Positions 34,232-42,682 of a DNA stretch of 42,682 nucleotides are shown piece after piece (positions within the stretch are counted from its first letter, which is position 1; each line of letters begins with the position of its first letter). Origin of the DNA: Myxococcota bacterium (GTDB lineage: Bacteria; Myxococcota; XYA12-FULL-58-9). The notes below the pieces were generated by a model, which made no database searches, was not told where the DNA came from, and saw nothing but the letters and a program-made list of their open reading frames with translations. The stretch is taken from assembly GCA_022703175.1 (NCBI GenBank), contig JAKLEG010000003.1:1-42682 (forward strand), in the 5' to 3' direction. The translations under genes were made by a program, and so were the position numbers.

Positions 34232-34740
34232 TAGTTCACCCCTGGGAAGCCAAAGCGAAAGATGAGCTGCATCTCGCGGGTGGGGATGTTAGGGCCGCTA
34301 CAAATCGCCGAGGCCGACACCACATGCACGCTGTTGGTGCTACCGCCAGCGCCGCGCCGTTGGTTGGTTAACGCCGTGCCTGCCAACAGCCCGCTCATAT
34401 CCACCTGGGCGCTGGTAAGCACCACCACCGGGTCAACGCCGGTGTCTGCATAGTGGCCGGCCTTCAAGGTCACCGCCGGGCCGTTACTAATCTGATATGT
34501 GGTATTCACCGCGTTGGCCGACGTAGCGTCGGGCCACTTGGCGCGGATCTGCGCCAACGCCGCCTGCGCGCAGGCATCACCCACCTCGCGGCCGCGGAAG
34601 CCCTGCGTGCTATTCAACGTGCTGTTGGTCACAGCGATGGCGGCCAAGCCACCCACCAACATCACCACCATCACCACCACCACCACGATGAGCGCAATAC
34701 CGCGTTCTCTGTTGGGAATCGGGCGCCGGGTATGTTGCAT
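34231..34740 (-). CDS. pilX: Type IV pilus minor pilin PilX-like (PilX N-terminal domain)
   Basis: ATG 34740 with GGAGG 6 nt upstream (track ORF starts further up at 34815). MQHTRRPIPNRERGIALIVVVVVMVVMLVGGLAAIAVTNSTLNSTQGFRGREVGDACAQAALAQ matches the PilX_N pattern (ERG-[IS]-AL-hydrophobic helix...). 169 aa. Its stop overlaps the pilY1 start. Confidence 0.6.
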   Translation of the reverse strand: MQHTRRPIPNRERGIALIVVVVVMVVMLVGGLAAIAVTNSTLNSTQGFRGREVGDACAQAALAQIRAKWPDATSANAVNTTYQISNGPAVTLKAGHYADTGVDPVVVLTSAQVDMSGLLAGTALTNQRRGAGGSTNSVHVVSASAICSGPNIPTREMQLIFRFGFPGVN

Positions 34741-34765
34741 CAAAAGCCTCCAACCTAGGCGTAAC

Positions 34766-34786
34766 TGATCACAAATCGTGCCACCG
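34766..34786 (-). promoter_or_regulatory. Possible sigma-54-type -24/-12 element (TGGCACG-N4-TGTGA) upstream of pilX
   Basis: Minus-strand sequence ccggTGGCACGatttGTGAtcag about 25-45 nt upstream of the pilX ATG. It matches the GG(-24) half well and the GC(-12) half poorly (TTTGT versus TTGCA). The surrounding 240-bp intergenic region is relatively AT-rich. Confidence 0.15.
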
Positions 34787-34980
34787 GAGCATCTCGTATT
34801 TGTAAGCGAAATCAACTATTTGGCGAGCGGCGCCAAACCCCACTACGCAAACATTGCGAGCTATTCGCTAGCTTTTGCTGGGTGCTAAGGTGGGCGTACG
34901 TAGGCAGAGAGAACCAAGCTGTGACGGGCTGGTTGCGGTGACACAATCGGATTTTAGTTCGGTCGATCGAGTTGTTCGTG

Positions 34981-35652
34981 TCAAAAGCGTGAGCCCGAAC
35001 GCCTACGCCGCAGCACCGCACCCAATATCATTGCATCTTGCAACAAGTTCTTATCGATCGCAAAACCGGATGCTGCCGGAGTTGAGAGGGGCACGGGAGC
35101 GAGCTTTCGTTCATGCGCCGCCGCCCGCGCTGTCCAGTAGGCCTCGGCCGAATCGGTGACCTCGGCGTCGTCGCTACTTTCGCTTTGCGGCGCCTCTGCC
35201 ACCCGTTCTTCATAGGCGAAACGTGGCTCCACGCTTGGGCGCTCGTCAACTTGCTCATCCCAGTCGGTAGCATCGTCGACGGCGACCCGCTCCGCATCCC
35301 GGGAGACAAACAACGGCGGCGGTGGCATCGGTTCCGCTTCGGGAAGTGCCACCCCAAAGATCTGCGCCAACGCTTGCCGGGTCGCGGGATCTAGGCTTGT
35401 CGCATCGCCGCGCACCTGGCGCTGTACCGCGTCGGCCGAAAACAGTTCCTCAACGCTCACCAAGTCCTGAGGAGCTGGCGGTGCCTGCACGCGCTGCTCA
35501 GCCTCAAGGGCGCGCAACTCGGCCTCAGCCGTCGCGGTTTTGGCATCCAACCCTTGGTTGACGCGTTTGAGTAGCTTTGACAACAGCGGCGCCACGACCC
35601 AAAAGACCAGCAGCCAGGGCCACAGTCCGCCAATGCCACCTTCGCAGTTCAT
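34981..35652 (-). CDS. Hypothetical membrane-anchored acidic coiled-coil protein (possible yqfB-position partner of FloA)
   Basis: 223 aa. N-terminal TM helix (GLWPWLLVFWVVAPLL), Ala/Glu-rich helix, then a very acidic C-terminal half. Third-position GC looks coding-like. No clear SD. 221 nt downstream of floA. Confidence 0.35.
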   Translation of the reverse strand: MNCEGGIGGLWPWLLVFWVVAPLLSKLLKRVNQGLDAKTATAEAELRALEAEQRVQAPPAPQDLVSVEELFSADAVQRQVRGDATSLDPATRQALAQIFGVALPEAEPMPPPPLFVSRDAERVAVDDATDWDEQVDERPSVEPRFAYEERVAEAPQSESSDDAEVTDSAEAYWTARAAAHERKLAPVPLSTPAASGFAIDKNLLQDAMILGAVLRRRRSGSRF

Positions 35653-35873
35653 CGTTAACTACGGTCCCACGGGCTTGGTACGGCGCCCACGCGCCAGGGC
35701 CCGAGGTGGCTCAAACGCCATCGCCAAGGCCACGCGACGCACAAATGCGGGTTGGTTCGCAAACAATCCGGCGACGTTGGTCGCATTGGTTGCCGGTGCC
35801 GATGGCGCCTCGGCGTTTGCGACCTGATACGCTGTCTGGCTGTCCCAAAGCTCCCGCGACGCCGCCATCGACA

Positions 35874-36866
35874 TCAGCCCTCACCCTCATGAGGTCCTTT
35901 GTCGGCAGGCGACACTGAACGCCCAATGGAGCTTCGCATATCGGTGTCGGCCATCACGTTCTTCATGTTGTAATAGTCGAGCACGCCCAGCTTGCCACTG
36001 GCCAGCGCCCCGGCAATCGCCATGGGCACTTGTGCTTCGGCTTCCACCACGCGCGCACGCATCTCGTACACGCGCGCCTTCATTTCTTGTTCCGCAGCCA
36101 CGGCCAGTGCGCGGCGTGATTCGGCGTGCGCCTGCGCGATTTGTTTGTCGGCCTCGGCTTGCTCGGTTTGCAGCTTGGCGCCGATGTTGGCACCTACGTC
36201 CACGTCGGCAATGTCGATAGACAAAATTTCAAACGCCGAGCCGGCATCCAGGCCTTTGGCAAGCACAGTCTTGGAGATGCGATCGGGATTCTCAAGCACT
36301 TCTTTGTGCGATTCGGCCGAACCGATGGTGGAAACGACGCCCTCACCAACGCGCGCAATGATGGTCTCTTCGGTCGCGCCGCCCACCAAACGCTCCAGGT
36401 TGGTGCGCACTGTGATGCGAACCAGGGCCGACAACGAAATGCCGTTCTTTGCCATGGCCGTGATTTTGGGCGTGGTGATGACCTTTGGAAGCACGCTCAT
36501 CTGCACTGCTTCGAGAACGTTGCGGCCGGCCAGGTCGATGGCCGCGGCGCGCGCAAACGGCAACGGAATGTTGGCCTTGTCAGCCGAAATCAACGCTTGC
36601 ACCACAAGCCCGACGTTGCCGCGTGCCAAGTAGTGCGCTTCCAATTGGTCGGTGGTCACCTGCAGGCCAGCCTTCAACGCCGCAATCCGCCCGCCAACAA
36701 TCACTGACGGCGGCACTTTGCGTAGCCGCATTCCCACGAGCGAAAAGATTCCGACATGCGCGCCCGAGGTCAATGCCTGTACCCACAACCCCACCGGCAC
36801 GTAGTAGAGCACCGTGAAAAACGCGACCACGCACACCAGAACGATCGCCACAACCAAGATATCCAT
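35874..36866 (-). CDS. floA: Flotillin-like protein FloA (YqfA/UPF0365 family SPFH protein)
   Basis: ATG 36866 with AGGTG 5 nt upstream (track start 36869 is GTG one codon earlier). [53 protein letters not shown]... closely follows the FloA consensus (N-terminal TM, then IGLWIsAlaaGV.vgi..LvGMRLRrV.P). About 330 aa. Confidence 0.8.
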   Translation of the reverse strand: MDILVVAIVLVCVVAFFTVLYYVPVGLWVQALTSGAHVGIFSLVGMRLRKVPPSVIVGGRIAALKAGLQVTTDQLEAHYLARGNVGLVVQALISADKANIPLPFARAAAIDLAGRNVLEAVQMSVLPKVITTPKITAMAKNGISLSALVRITVRTNLERLVGGATEETIIARVGEGVVSTIGSAESHKEVLENPDRISKTVLAKGLDAGSAFEILSIDIADVDVGANIGAKLQTEQAEADKQIAQAHAESRRALAVAAEQEMKARVYEMRARVVEAEAQVPMAIAGALASGKLGVLDYYNMKNVMADTDMRSSIGRSVSPADKGPHEGEG

Positions 36867-36898
36867 CACCGCACCTCTGCGCTAAATATTGCGCGTTT

Positions 36899-38425
36899 TC
36901 AGAGTGTTACAGCTCTTACCACCACCCGATTGCCATCCACCTGAATGACTTCTACCGGGGTATCTTTTTCGATGAAATCGCCCAACGTCACCACGTCCAC
37001 ACGTTTGCCACCCAAGAGCGCAATACCTGCGGGCCGCAGCACAGATGCCGCCATGCCGCGTTCGCCCAACAGTGACTTCTCGCGCTCGTGTTGGCTGCCG
37101 TAGCCGTCCTTCACCGTCTCGGCGGCGCCCAAAATAATGCGTTGGCCGAGCTTGGTTTTGGGAAAGTATTTGCCGAACACCACCGCGACCGCGCCCAGTG
37201 CCACCATCAGAATCAGGAGGCTCCAGGCAATTTGACTGGCCGCACTCTGCAAATAGCCCAGGTCGTAGCTGACGCCCACCGGCAGAGGCACGTTGACGAG
37301 CGCCATCCCCAGTGCCACCAACATCGCCACGATGCCGGCCACGCCCACGACGCCAAATCCGGGGATCACCAAGAGCTCCACAAGCAACAACGCAAAACCC
37401 ACACCGAACAACAGCAGTTCTTCCCAACCGGCTAAGTTGGCCGTGTACTGGCCGAAAAAGAACGTGATGAGACACAACACGCCGACAATTCCGGGAACAA
37501 TGTGGCCCGGGACGAAAAACTCCATCATGAGTGCTGCGACACCAATGGTCATCAGCAATGAGCTGACCATGGGGTCAGTGAAGAATCGCGCCAGCTTCTC
37601 GCCCCAGTCGGTGTCGTTTTGCACGCATTTGGCGCGGCCCAGGTTCAGCAACCCGATCGCGGCTTCGGCGGTATCGGCACTGGCATCCGCCATCTTGAAC
37701 GCCAACGCTTGGGTGCTGGTGAGTGTCACGAGCTTGCCTTTCTCGTTCACCCCTTGCACTTCCAGGCTCGCGTCGACCATGGCTTCGGCGATATCGGCGC
37801 GACGGCCTTTGGCCTCGGCGGTGGCGCGCATTTCGGCGCGCATGTAGCTCACCACCTTCTCGCTCGTGGGTTTAGCCTCACCGTTTTCAGCGAGCTCGAT
37901 AGGTGTTGCAGCTCCAATGGAACCACCGGAGCTCATGATGATGGTGTCGCAGGCCAGCGAAATCAGTGCGCCGGCACTGATGGCGCGATGGTCAATGAAG
38001 GCCACGGTGGTGGCCTTGGAGGTGAGCAAGGCATCGCGGATGCGCACGGCGGCATCGACGCGACCGCCGAAGGTGTTGATGCGCAAGAAGATCAGGTCAC
38101 GCGGCCCGGCCTGTTTAACCACACGCTCGACAAACGGCGCGAGACCCAAATCGATGGTGCCATCAATGGGCACCTCGTACACCGTACGGCCGCTGCCCCC
38201 TTCCGGGTCATAGCCGCGAAGCGTTGTGCTGGCACCGGTGACAGGTTGGGACTCACCGGCAGCGGCCCCGAGGCCCAAGAGCAAAATGTAGGCAAGTAAT
38301 CGCGTTGACACGAAAGCGAAGCTAGCGGGTCTAGAGGGGCGGGGCAATGCGGTAGCAGCGCTGTGTTCGTACGCCGACACGGGCTTCAGTAAACTGGTGT
38401 GCTGCGTGACACATGGTACCATCAC
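36899..38425 (-). CDS. NfeD-family long form (YqeZ-like): ClpP-class serine-protease-like domain, multi-TM segment and C-terminal OB-fold
   Basis: 508 aa. N-terminal protease-like domain (VYEVPIDGTIDLGLAPFVERVVKQA...TFGGRVDAAVRIRDALL...AISAGALISLACD), 4-5 TM helices, then a C-terminal beta-rich domain (VTLGDFIEKDTPVEVIQVDGNRVVVRAV). Ends 32 nt upstream of floA. The true start is uncertain: an internal GTG near 38311 would give a cleaner signal peptide. Confidence 0.7.
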   Translation of the reverse strand: MMVPCVTQHTSLLKPVSAYEHSAATALPRPSRPASFAFVSTRLLAYILLLGLGAAAGESQPVTGASTTLRGYDPEGGSGRTVYEVPIDGTIDLGLAPFVERVVKQAGPRDLIFLRINTFGGRVDAAVRIRDALLTSKATTVAFIDHRAISAGALISLACDTIIMSSGGSIGAATPIELAENGEAKPTSEKVVSYMRAEMRATAEAKGRRADIAEAMVDASLEVQGVNEKGKLVTLTSTQALAFKMADASADTAEAAIGLLNLGRAKCVQNDTDWGEKLARFFTDPMVSSLLMTIGVAALMMEFFVPGHIVPGIVGVLCLITFFFGQYTANLAGWEELLLFGVGFALLLVELLVIPGFGVVGVAGIVAMLVALGMALVNVPLPVGVSYDLGYLQSAASQIAWSLLILMVALGAVAVVFGKYFPKTKLGQRIILGAAETVKDGYGSQHEREKSLLGERGMAASVLRPAGIALLGGKRVDVVTLGDFIEKDTPVEVIQVDGNRVVVRAVTL

Positions 38426-41400
38426 CTAGCGATGTGCCGACCTAACGTTCTGACGCTGGTTGCGGCGGGTTTCACGCTACCTGCCTTCATCAACTGTGGT
38501 CAGCCGCCACCCTACGTGGTTTTGGACGTTGTCGACCCGACACTCGCGGCACACGGCTTCGCAACCCTTACGATCGAAACCGCCAACGGCCTGCACGACG
38601 ACATCGTACCCGACCGACATGAATTCCCTTTTAGTATCACGGTCACAAGACCTACGAAGGGGGCTCTGCCCCTAACGGTGTATGCCAAAAGTCCCGACAA
38701 CGCGGTGTTGGCGCTTGGGAAAGCGACGGCTGACTTTGCTCGTTCCAAGCACCCGTCGGTGCTGGTGCAGCTCGCGCGTCCCTGCAGCGCCGCGGTCGAT
38801 TGCGACGACCATCTCTATTGCAACGGCGTGGAGCTCTGCGACAACGGCATGTGCCTCGCCGGTATCCCTCCGTGCTTGGCGAACTTCGGATGTGTGACCG
38901 CAACTTGCCTGGAAGGCAGCGAAGGCACAGGCAGTTGCAGCACGCTTGTCGACCACAGCCAATGCCCACCCGAGTACTACTGCAATGCGATGGCGGGTTG
39001 TGTGCCCGGCCGAGGTTGCGAAACTGACCTGGATTGTGACGACGGGTTGTTCTGCAACGGCAGCGAAATTTGCGACAACGGCTTGTGTGTCCCTGGCTTG
39101 GCTCTGGAGTTTGCCGACAGCGACAGCTGCACTGTGGATGGCTGCAATGAGGCCGAAGGCGTGGTGCATGTCCCAGACGTTCGGTCGGATGGAAACCTCT
39201 GTACGTTGAGCGGTAACGGTCGCGAAATCTGTGTGGCACGCTTAGGGGGCTGTGTTGAGTCACGCTGTGGTGATGGCTACCAAGATGCCGAGGCGCTGCC
39301 GGCTGAGGCCTGCGACGATGGCGTGGCCAACGTTGATAGTTGGGGACTCGAACGGCATTGCCTAGCCGATTGCAGCGGCAATGCGCCTTACTGTGGCGAT
39401 GGCACGGTCAACGGCACTGAGACCTGCGACGATGGCAACCGGGTGTGGGATGGAAACGATTGCAATGCGGCATGCAGCTGCGTCGGCATCGCTTGCGGAG
39501 TGAGCGCATGGCACGGCGTGGGGGGCTCGGACTATGGCCCCTCGACAACGCGCATCTTCGCAGCGTCGGATTCACCGTACGGCATTTGGGCACCCTATGG
39601 CGGACGCGCTGACTATGTGGCACTGGCCAGCGGTACCGACGGCTCACTTTTCGTGGCCTCGACGGCGGAGGTTGAGTGGAGCTACGCTCAAATCTTTGTC
39701 CACGAGTTCAACGGAACTCAGTGGACGCCATTGTTCACCTACCCGTCCCTTGGCATCGGCACTTACATTGAGTGGGTCGACCACGTGTCGATCGCGGTGG
39801 ACAGCGAGAATCGGCCCGTCGTTGTCTGGGACGGATACCAATCAACCTACGGCTACCAGACGTTCGCGAGCCGGTTTGACGGTATGGAATGGGTGAACAT
39901 CGGCGCCGGCTCGATGGAGGGGCAAGGGATCTCGGCATCGCCCCATGAGACTGAGGAATCAACGATTGCGGTCAATGCTGATGGCGACATTGTCGTTGCC
40001 TGGGCAGGGACCGCCAACGACAACATTGGCCTGAAGAGGTTTGACGGCTCCGCCTGGGTGGCTATGGGCGCAGGCTCCGACGGCGTCGGGGGAATCAGCA
40101 ACACAGGTGTAGGTGTCGCTCGGCCGGCATTGGCATCAGCAGCCAATGGTGCTTGGTTTGTGGCTTGGGCCGATCGGATAGGTGGTGCTCCCTCGGTGTA
40201 CCTGCGTCGCTGGAACGGCTCTGCCTGGGTGGAATTTCCCGCTGGTTCGGCCTCGGGTGATGGGTTGGGCGATGTTGTTTGGAACACACCAATTGCGCTC
40301 GTCGCCGACAGCGGCGGCGACCCCTGGGTGGGTTGGATAAGCGGCAGTAGCTACGCGTTCTATGTGAAACACTGGGATGGCGCGGCATGGGTCGAGGTTG
40401 GAGGCTCCGCAACTGGCGACGGTATCAGCGGCACCACTCCGGTCGATAGTCCACGGCTTACGATTCGGGAGGATGGTTCTCCCGCAGGATTTTGGGCGGC
40501 AAATGACGCGATTCTGGCGCGCGGATTCGATGGTTTGGCGTGGACAGCTTTCGGCACGGGGTCCGACACCGAGCCGGGGATTGTTGACACGTGCGCTTTC
40601 ATCGACTTCGACGTGCTCCCCAACATGAACCTCGGGACAGTGCTCGCCACGACCTCCAATTGCCGTTTGAACATCGAGCTACGCCTGAACAGCGGCGGCG
40701 AATGGCAACCGCTCCCGGGGAACATCGCGGGCAAAGGAATTAGCGAAACGAATTCGTACGCGTCAGACCCTTGGCTGTTCTTGGAGCCTTCCGGTACGCC
40801 CGTGGTGTTTTGGCTCGACGATCGGTCAGGGGTTTCACAGCTCTATGCAAAACGGCACGGCGCCGCCGGATGGTCGGCGTTCTCAGAAGGTTCGGCCAGC
40901 GATAACGGTATTAGTAACGCCGTTGTTGCGGCTCGCTCGCCCGTTGTGCTGACGGACCCTCTGGGGCGCTATGTGGTGGCGTGGCTCACGAACCCATCGG
41001 GAGCGCTGCATGTCTATCTAAAGCGCTTCGATGGCGTCGCCTGGCAGGAGCTTGGCGGATCGGCAAGTGGCACCGGTGTAGATGGAGAGAGCAGCTCGGT
41101 GGGCGGATATAATGTCGGAATCGGTCCCGACAACAACCCTGTTGTGACCTGGAGCCATTCGTCAGGCAATCAGGGCGACGCCCTCGCGGTCAGTTGGTTT
41201 CACGACGATACGTGGACGCGGTTGCCGACTCCTTTTGACACGGACAACCGATGGGCCATTTCACCAGCGTCGGCAAGTGCCACGGACGCGTTGGGTCGTT
41301 TGGTGGTCGTCGCGCTGCTGGAGTCACGACTGCGATTCGCCGCATGGGATGGTACTGTCTGGCAGCAGCTCCCGGATATGTGGAGCGAAAGCTCCTTTGA

Positions 41401-41878
41401 TGCGGTCAATCCCTGGGGATGGTCTCGAATTCACCTCAAGCGTTCGGAACGTTACGGGTTGATAGCTGTTTGGGAGGACGGCATCAGCGGTGTGCTCGAC
41501 CTCCACGCTCGCGCCTTTGATGGCACAGCCTGGCGTTGGTTGTCGGGCGCCAACACCTCGTTTGGCAATATCAGCAGGTCTGCTGTCGATTCCTACGGGC
41601 CATCCTTAGCCTTAGACGAACACGGACGGCCCTGGGTGGCGTGGTCAGAAGTGGTTGGCGTGGAACAATCAGAAGAAGTCTACCTGCGTCGCTTCAACGG
41701 CGATGACTGGGTTGAAGTCCTGCCCGGGTCCGCAAGCACAAGTGGAGTCTCGAATAGTCGCTGCCCCTCGTTTGCGCCAAGTCTCGCTATTCGCGACGGC
41801 CAGGCATGCGTGGCTTGGTCGGAATGCGACAATACCGGCAGCCAGATTGTCATGCGCTGCACAGAGTGGACGCCATGA
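38399..41878 (+). CDS. Giant secreted (lipo)protein: conserved N-terminal domain, Cys-rich repeats including Myxococcus-type CGDG...CDDGN modules, and about 10 copies of a ~50-aa Trp-containing repeat I do not recognise (probable beta-propeller)
   Basis: ORF-track start GTG 38399; an ATG at 38432 gives MCRPNVLTLVAAGFTLPAFINCGQ. Cys repeats DCDDHLYCNGVELCDNGMCLAG and YCGDGTVNGTETCDDGNRVWDGNDCNAACS. Repeats FASRFDGMEWVNIGAGSMEGQGIS / LKRFDGSAWVAMGAGSDGVGGIS / LRRWNGSAWVEFPAGSASGDGLG / VKHWDGAAWVEVGGSATGDGISG / ... / LRRFNGDDWVEVLPGSASTSGVSNS. Confidence 0.6.
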   Translation: MLRDTWYHHLAMCRPNVLTLVAAGFTLPAFINCGQPPPYVVLDVVDPTLAAHGFATLTIETANGLHDDIVPDRHEFPFSITVTRPTKGALPLTVYAKSPDNAVLALGKATADFARSKHPSVLVQLARPCSAAVDCDDHLYCNGVELCDNGMCLAGIPPCLANFGCVTATCLEGSEGTGSCSTLVDHSQCPPEYYCNAMAGCVPGRGCETDLDCDDGLFCNGSEICDNGLCVPGLALEFADSDSCTVDGCNEAEGVVHVPDVRSDGNLCTLSGNGREICVARLGGCVESRCGDGYQDAEALPAEACDDGVANVDSWGLERHCLADCSGNAPYCGDGTVNGTETCDDGNRVWDGNDCNAACSCVGIACGVSAWHGVGGSDYGPSTTRIFAASDSPYGIWAPYGGRADYVALASGTDGSLFVASTAEVEWSYAQIFVHEFNGTQWTPLFTYPSLGIGTYIEWVDHVSIAVDSENRPVVVWDGYQSTYGYQTFASRFDGMEWVNIGAGSMEGQGISASPHETEESTIAVNADGDIVVAWAGTANDNIGLKRFDGSAWVAMGAGSDGVGGISNTGVGVARPALASAANGAWFVAWADRIGGAPSVYLRRWNGSAWVEFPAGSASGDGLGDVVWNTPIALVADSGGDPWVGWISGSSYAFYVKHWDGAAWVEVGGSATGDGISGTTPVDSPRLTIREDGSPAGFWAANDAILARGFDGLAWTAFGTGSDTEPGIVDTCAFIDFDVLPNMNLGTVLATTSNCRLNIELRLNSGGEWQPLPGNIAGKGISETNSYASDPWLFLEPSGTPVVFWLDDRSGVSQLYAKRHGAAGWSAFSEGSASDNGISNAVVAARSPVVLTDPLGRYVVAWLTNPSGALHVYLKRFDGVAWQELGGSASGTGVDGESSSVGGYNVGIGPDNNPVVTWSHSSGNQGDALAVSWFHDDTWTRLPTPFDTDNRWAISPASASATDALGRLVVVALLESRLRFAAWDGTVWQQLPDMWSESSFDAVNPWGWSRIHLKRSERYGLIAVWEDGISGVLDLHARAFDGTAWRWLSGANTSFGNISRSAVDSYGPSLALDEHGRPWVAWSEVVGVEQSEEVYLRRFNGDDWVEVLPGSASTSGVSNSRCPSFAPSLAIRDGQACVAWSECDNTGSQIVMRCTEWTP

Positions 41879-42682
41879 AGAGGTGGTCCGCAAGAAGCTG
41901 GGCAATGGTTGTCGGTCTGGTGTTTGCGGGTTGTACCGCCGATGTGCCCTTTGTGGTGGTTACGTTGCAAGACCCAGAAAGACTCGCTGCTGGTTTTGCC
42001 TCCATTGGAGCAAAAGCCCACGACCAGTCACTGGCAACAACCATCCCAAATCACCGCAGCTTCCCCCTCGAAGTCACCGTCACGGCAAAACATGCAGAAT
42101 CTCTGACGTTTTGGATCCAAGCGAGCGCCTCTGACGGAACCCCGCTGGCGGGTGCGAATGTGTCAGCGAAGTTTGTAACCCAAGGTTATGCCTCGGTAAC
42201 CGCGCTGCTCCGTAGGCCGTGTGAAACCGCAGAGGAATGCAGCGATGGTGTGTATTGCAACGGCGATGAACGCTGTATTGCGAGGCTGTGCGAACCTGCC
42301 GAAGTCCAAGCGCGATGCAGTGCAAACGACGCCTGCGCAACCAGCACGTGCGTCGAAGTGGGTGATGGGACCGGACATTGCGACCTGGTGGTGCATCACG
42401 AGGCGTGCGCGGCCGATGAGTATTGCGACAGCACCGCCGGCTGTTTGCCTGGCCACGGCTGTTACGAAGACGCTGATTGCCAAGACGATTTGCTTTGCAA
42501 CGGCGCCGAGCGTTGCATCGGGTATTTGTGTCGCGCGGGCCAGCCGGCTGAACGCGATGACGGCGATGCTTGCACCACCGATGGTTGCAACGAAGACGAC
42601 GGTGTCTTTCATGTCGCCTTAGCTACCTTAGACGGTGTTGCGTGCAGCACGGGCAGCGTGACGGCCGGGATCTGCCTAGCTT
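41875..42682 (+). CDS. Paralog of the preceding giant lipoprotein (N-terminal domain and Cys-rich repeats), 3' end beyond the window
   Basis: ATG 41875 overlaps the upstream stop (ATGA). MKRWSARSWAMVVGLVFAGC (lipobox), then a segment collinear with the upstream paralog: VVVTLQDPERLAAGFASIGAKAHDQ...LEVTVTAK...RRPCETAEECSDGVYCNGDERCIARLC versus VVLDVVDPTLAAHGFATLTIETANG...FSITVTRP...ARPCSAAVDCDDHLYCNGVELCDNGMC. Open to the window end. Not in the ORF track because there is no stop. Confidence 0.6.
   Translation, partial: MKRWSARSWAMVVGLVFAGCTADVPFVVVTLQDPERLAAGFASIGAKAHDQSLATTIPNHRSFPLEVTVTAKHAESLTFWIQASASDGTPLAGANVSAKFVTQGYASVTALLRRPCETAEECSDGVYCNGDERCIARLCEPAEVQARCSANDACATSTCVEVGDGTGHCDLVVHHEACAADEYCDSTAGCLPGHGCYEDADCQDDLLCNGAERCIGYLCRAGQPAERDDGDACTTDGCNEDDGVFHVALATLDGVACSTGSVTAGICLA

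Noticed and set aside
36126-36707. Plus-strand ORFs (35992..36633, 36126..36707, 36485..36817) antisense to floA
   Set aside because: Overlap with the well-supported FloA gene; low-complexity translations.
1-42682. CRISPR arrays, tRNA/rRNA genes, IS elements, integrases or prophage genes
   Set aside because: I scanned intergenic regions and found no direct-repeat/spacer periodicity, no cloverleaf-like conserved tRNA features (GTTC-R-A-N-YC T-loop candidates in suitable structure), and no transposase or integrase-like translations in the ORF track. Coding repeats (DNDGDG, RCC1, Cys-rich) explain all repetitive DNA. Absence is based on inspection only, not on tRNAscan or CRISPR-finder runs.

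Overview
This is a high-GC (roughly 65-68%) bacterial chromosomal window, almost certainly from a myxobacterium (Myxococcota). Evidence for that origin: a MYXO-CTERM sorting tail, Myxococcus-type Cys-rich repeats, RCC1-propeller lipoproteins, a minor-pilin/PilY1 cluster, and long Ala/Pro-rich linkers. I call about 34 protein-coding genes, densely packed on both strands. I could not recognise any rRNA, tRNA, CRISPR array, IS element or prophage by eye. Main blocks, 5' to 3': (1) an EamA transporter and a divergent pair of KAS III-like (FabH-family) genes; (2) an NfeD-short plus flotillin (FloT-type) operon; (3) a four-gene minus-strand envelope cluster: lipoprotein with a Pro/Glu/Lys-rich spacer, a small outer-membrane beta-barrel-like protein, a lipoprotein carrying 14 DNDGDG calcium-binding repeats, and a 917-aa NHL-repeat lipoprotein ending in MYXO-CTERM; (4) a Na+-translocating biotin-dependent decarboxylase gene set split into two divergent operons (beta plus OadG-like on minus; carboxyltransferase plus small subunit plus biotin carrier on plus); (5) a DUF4382 lipoprotein and an outer-membrane-like protein; (6) an ECF sigma / FecR-type anti-sigma pair convergent with a 1189-aa RCC1-repeat lipoprotein; (7) an MBL-fold hydrolase / membrane protein / HExxH-TPR metalloprotease trio; (8) a type IVa minor-pilin cluster in the order pilX-pilY1-fimT/U-pilV-pilW, with a 1578-aa PilY1 whose VWA domain is interrupted by a roughly 300-aa Cys-rich module; (9) a second flotillin operon (NfeD-long plus FloA plus a small membrane protein); (10) two tandem, translationally coupled giant paralogous lipoproteins with Cys-rich N-terminal repeats and a ~50-aa Trp-containing repeat I do not recognise. 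Coordinates come from ORF-track arithmetic plus my reading of start codons and ribosome-binding sites. Domain calls rest on motifs read directly in the translations; nothing was searched against a database.
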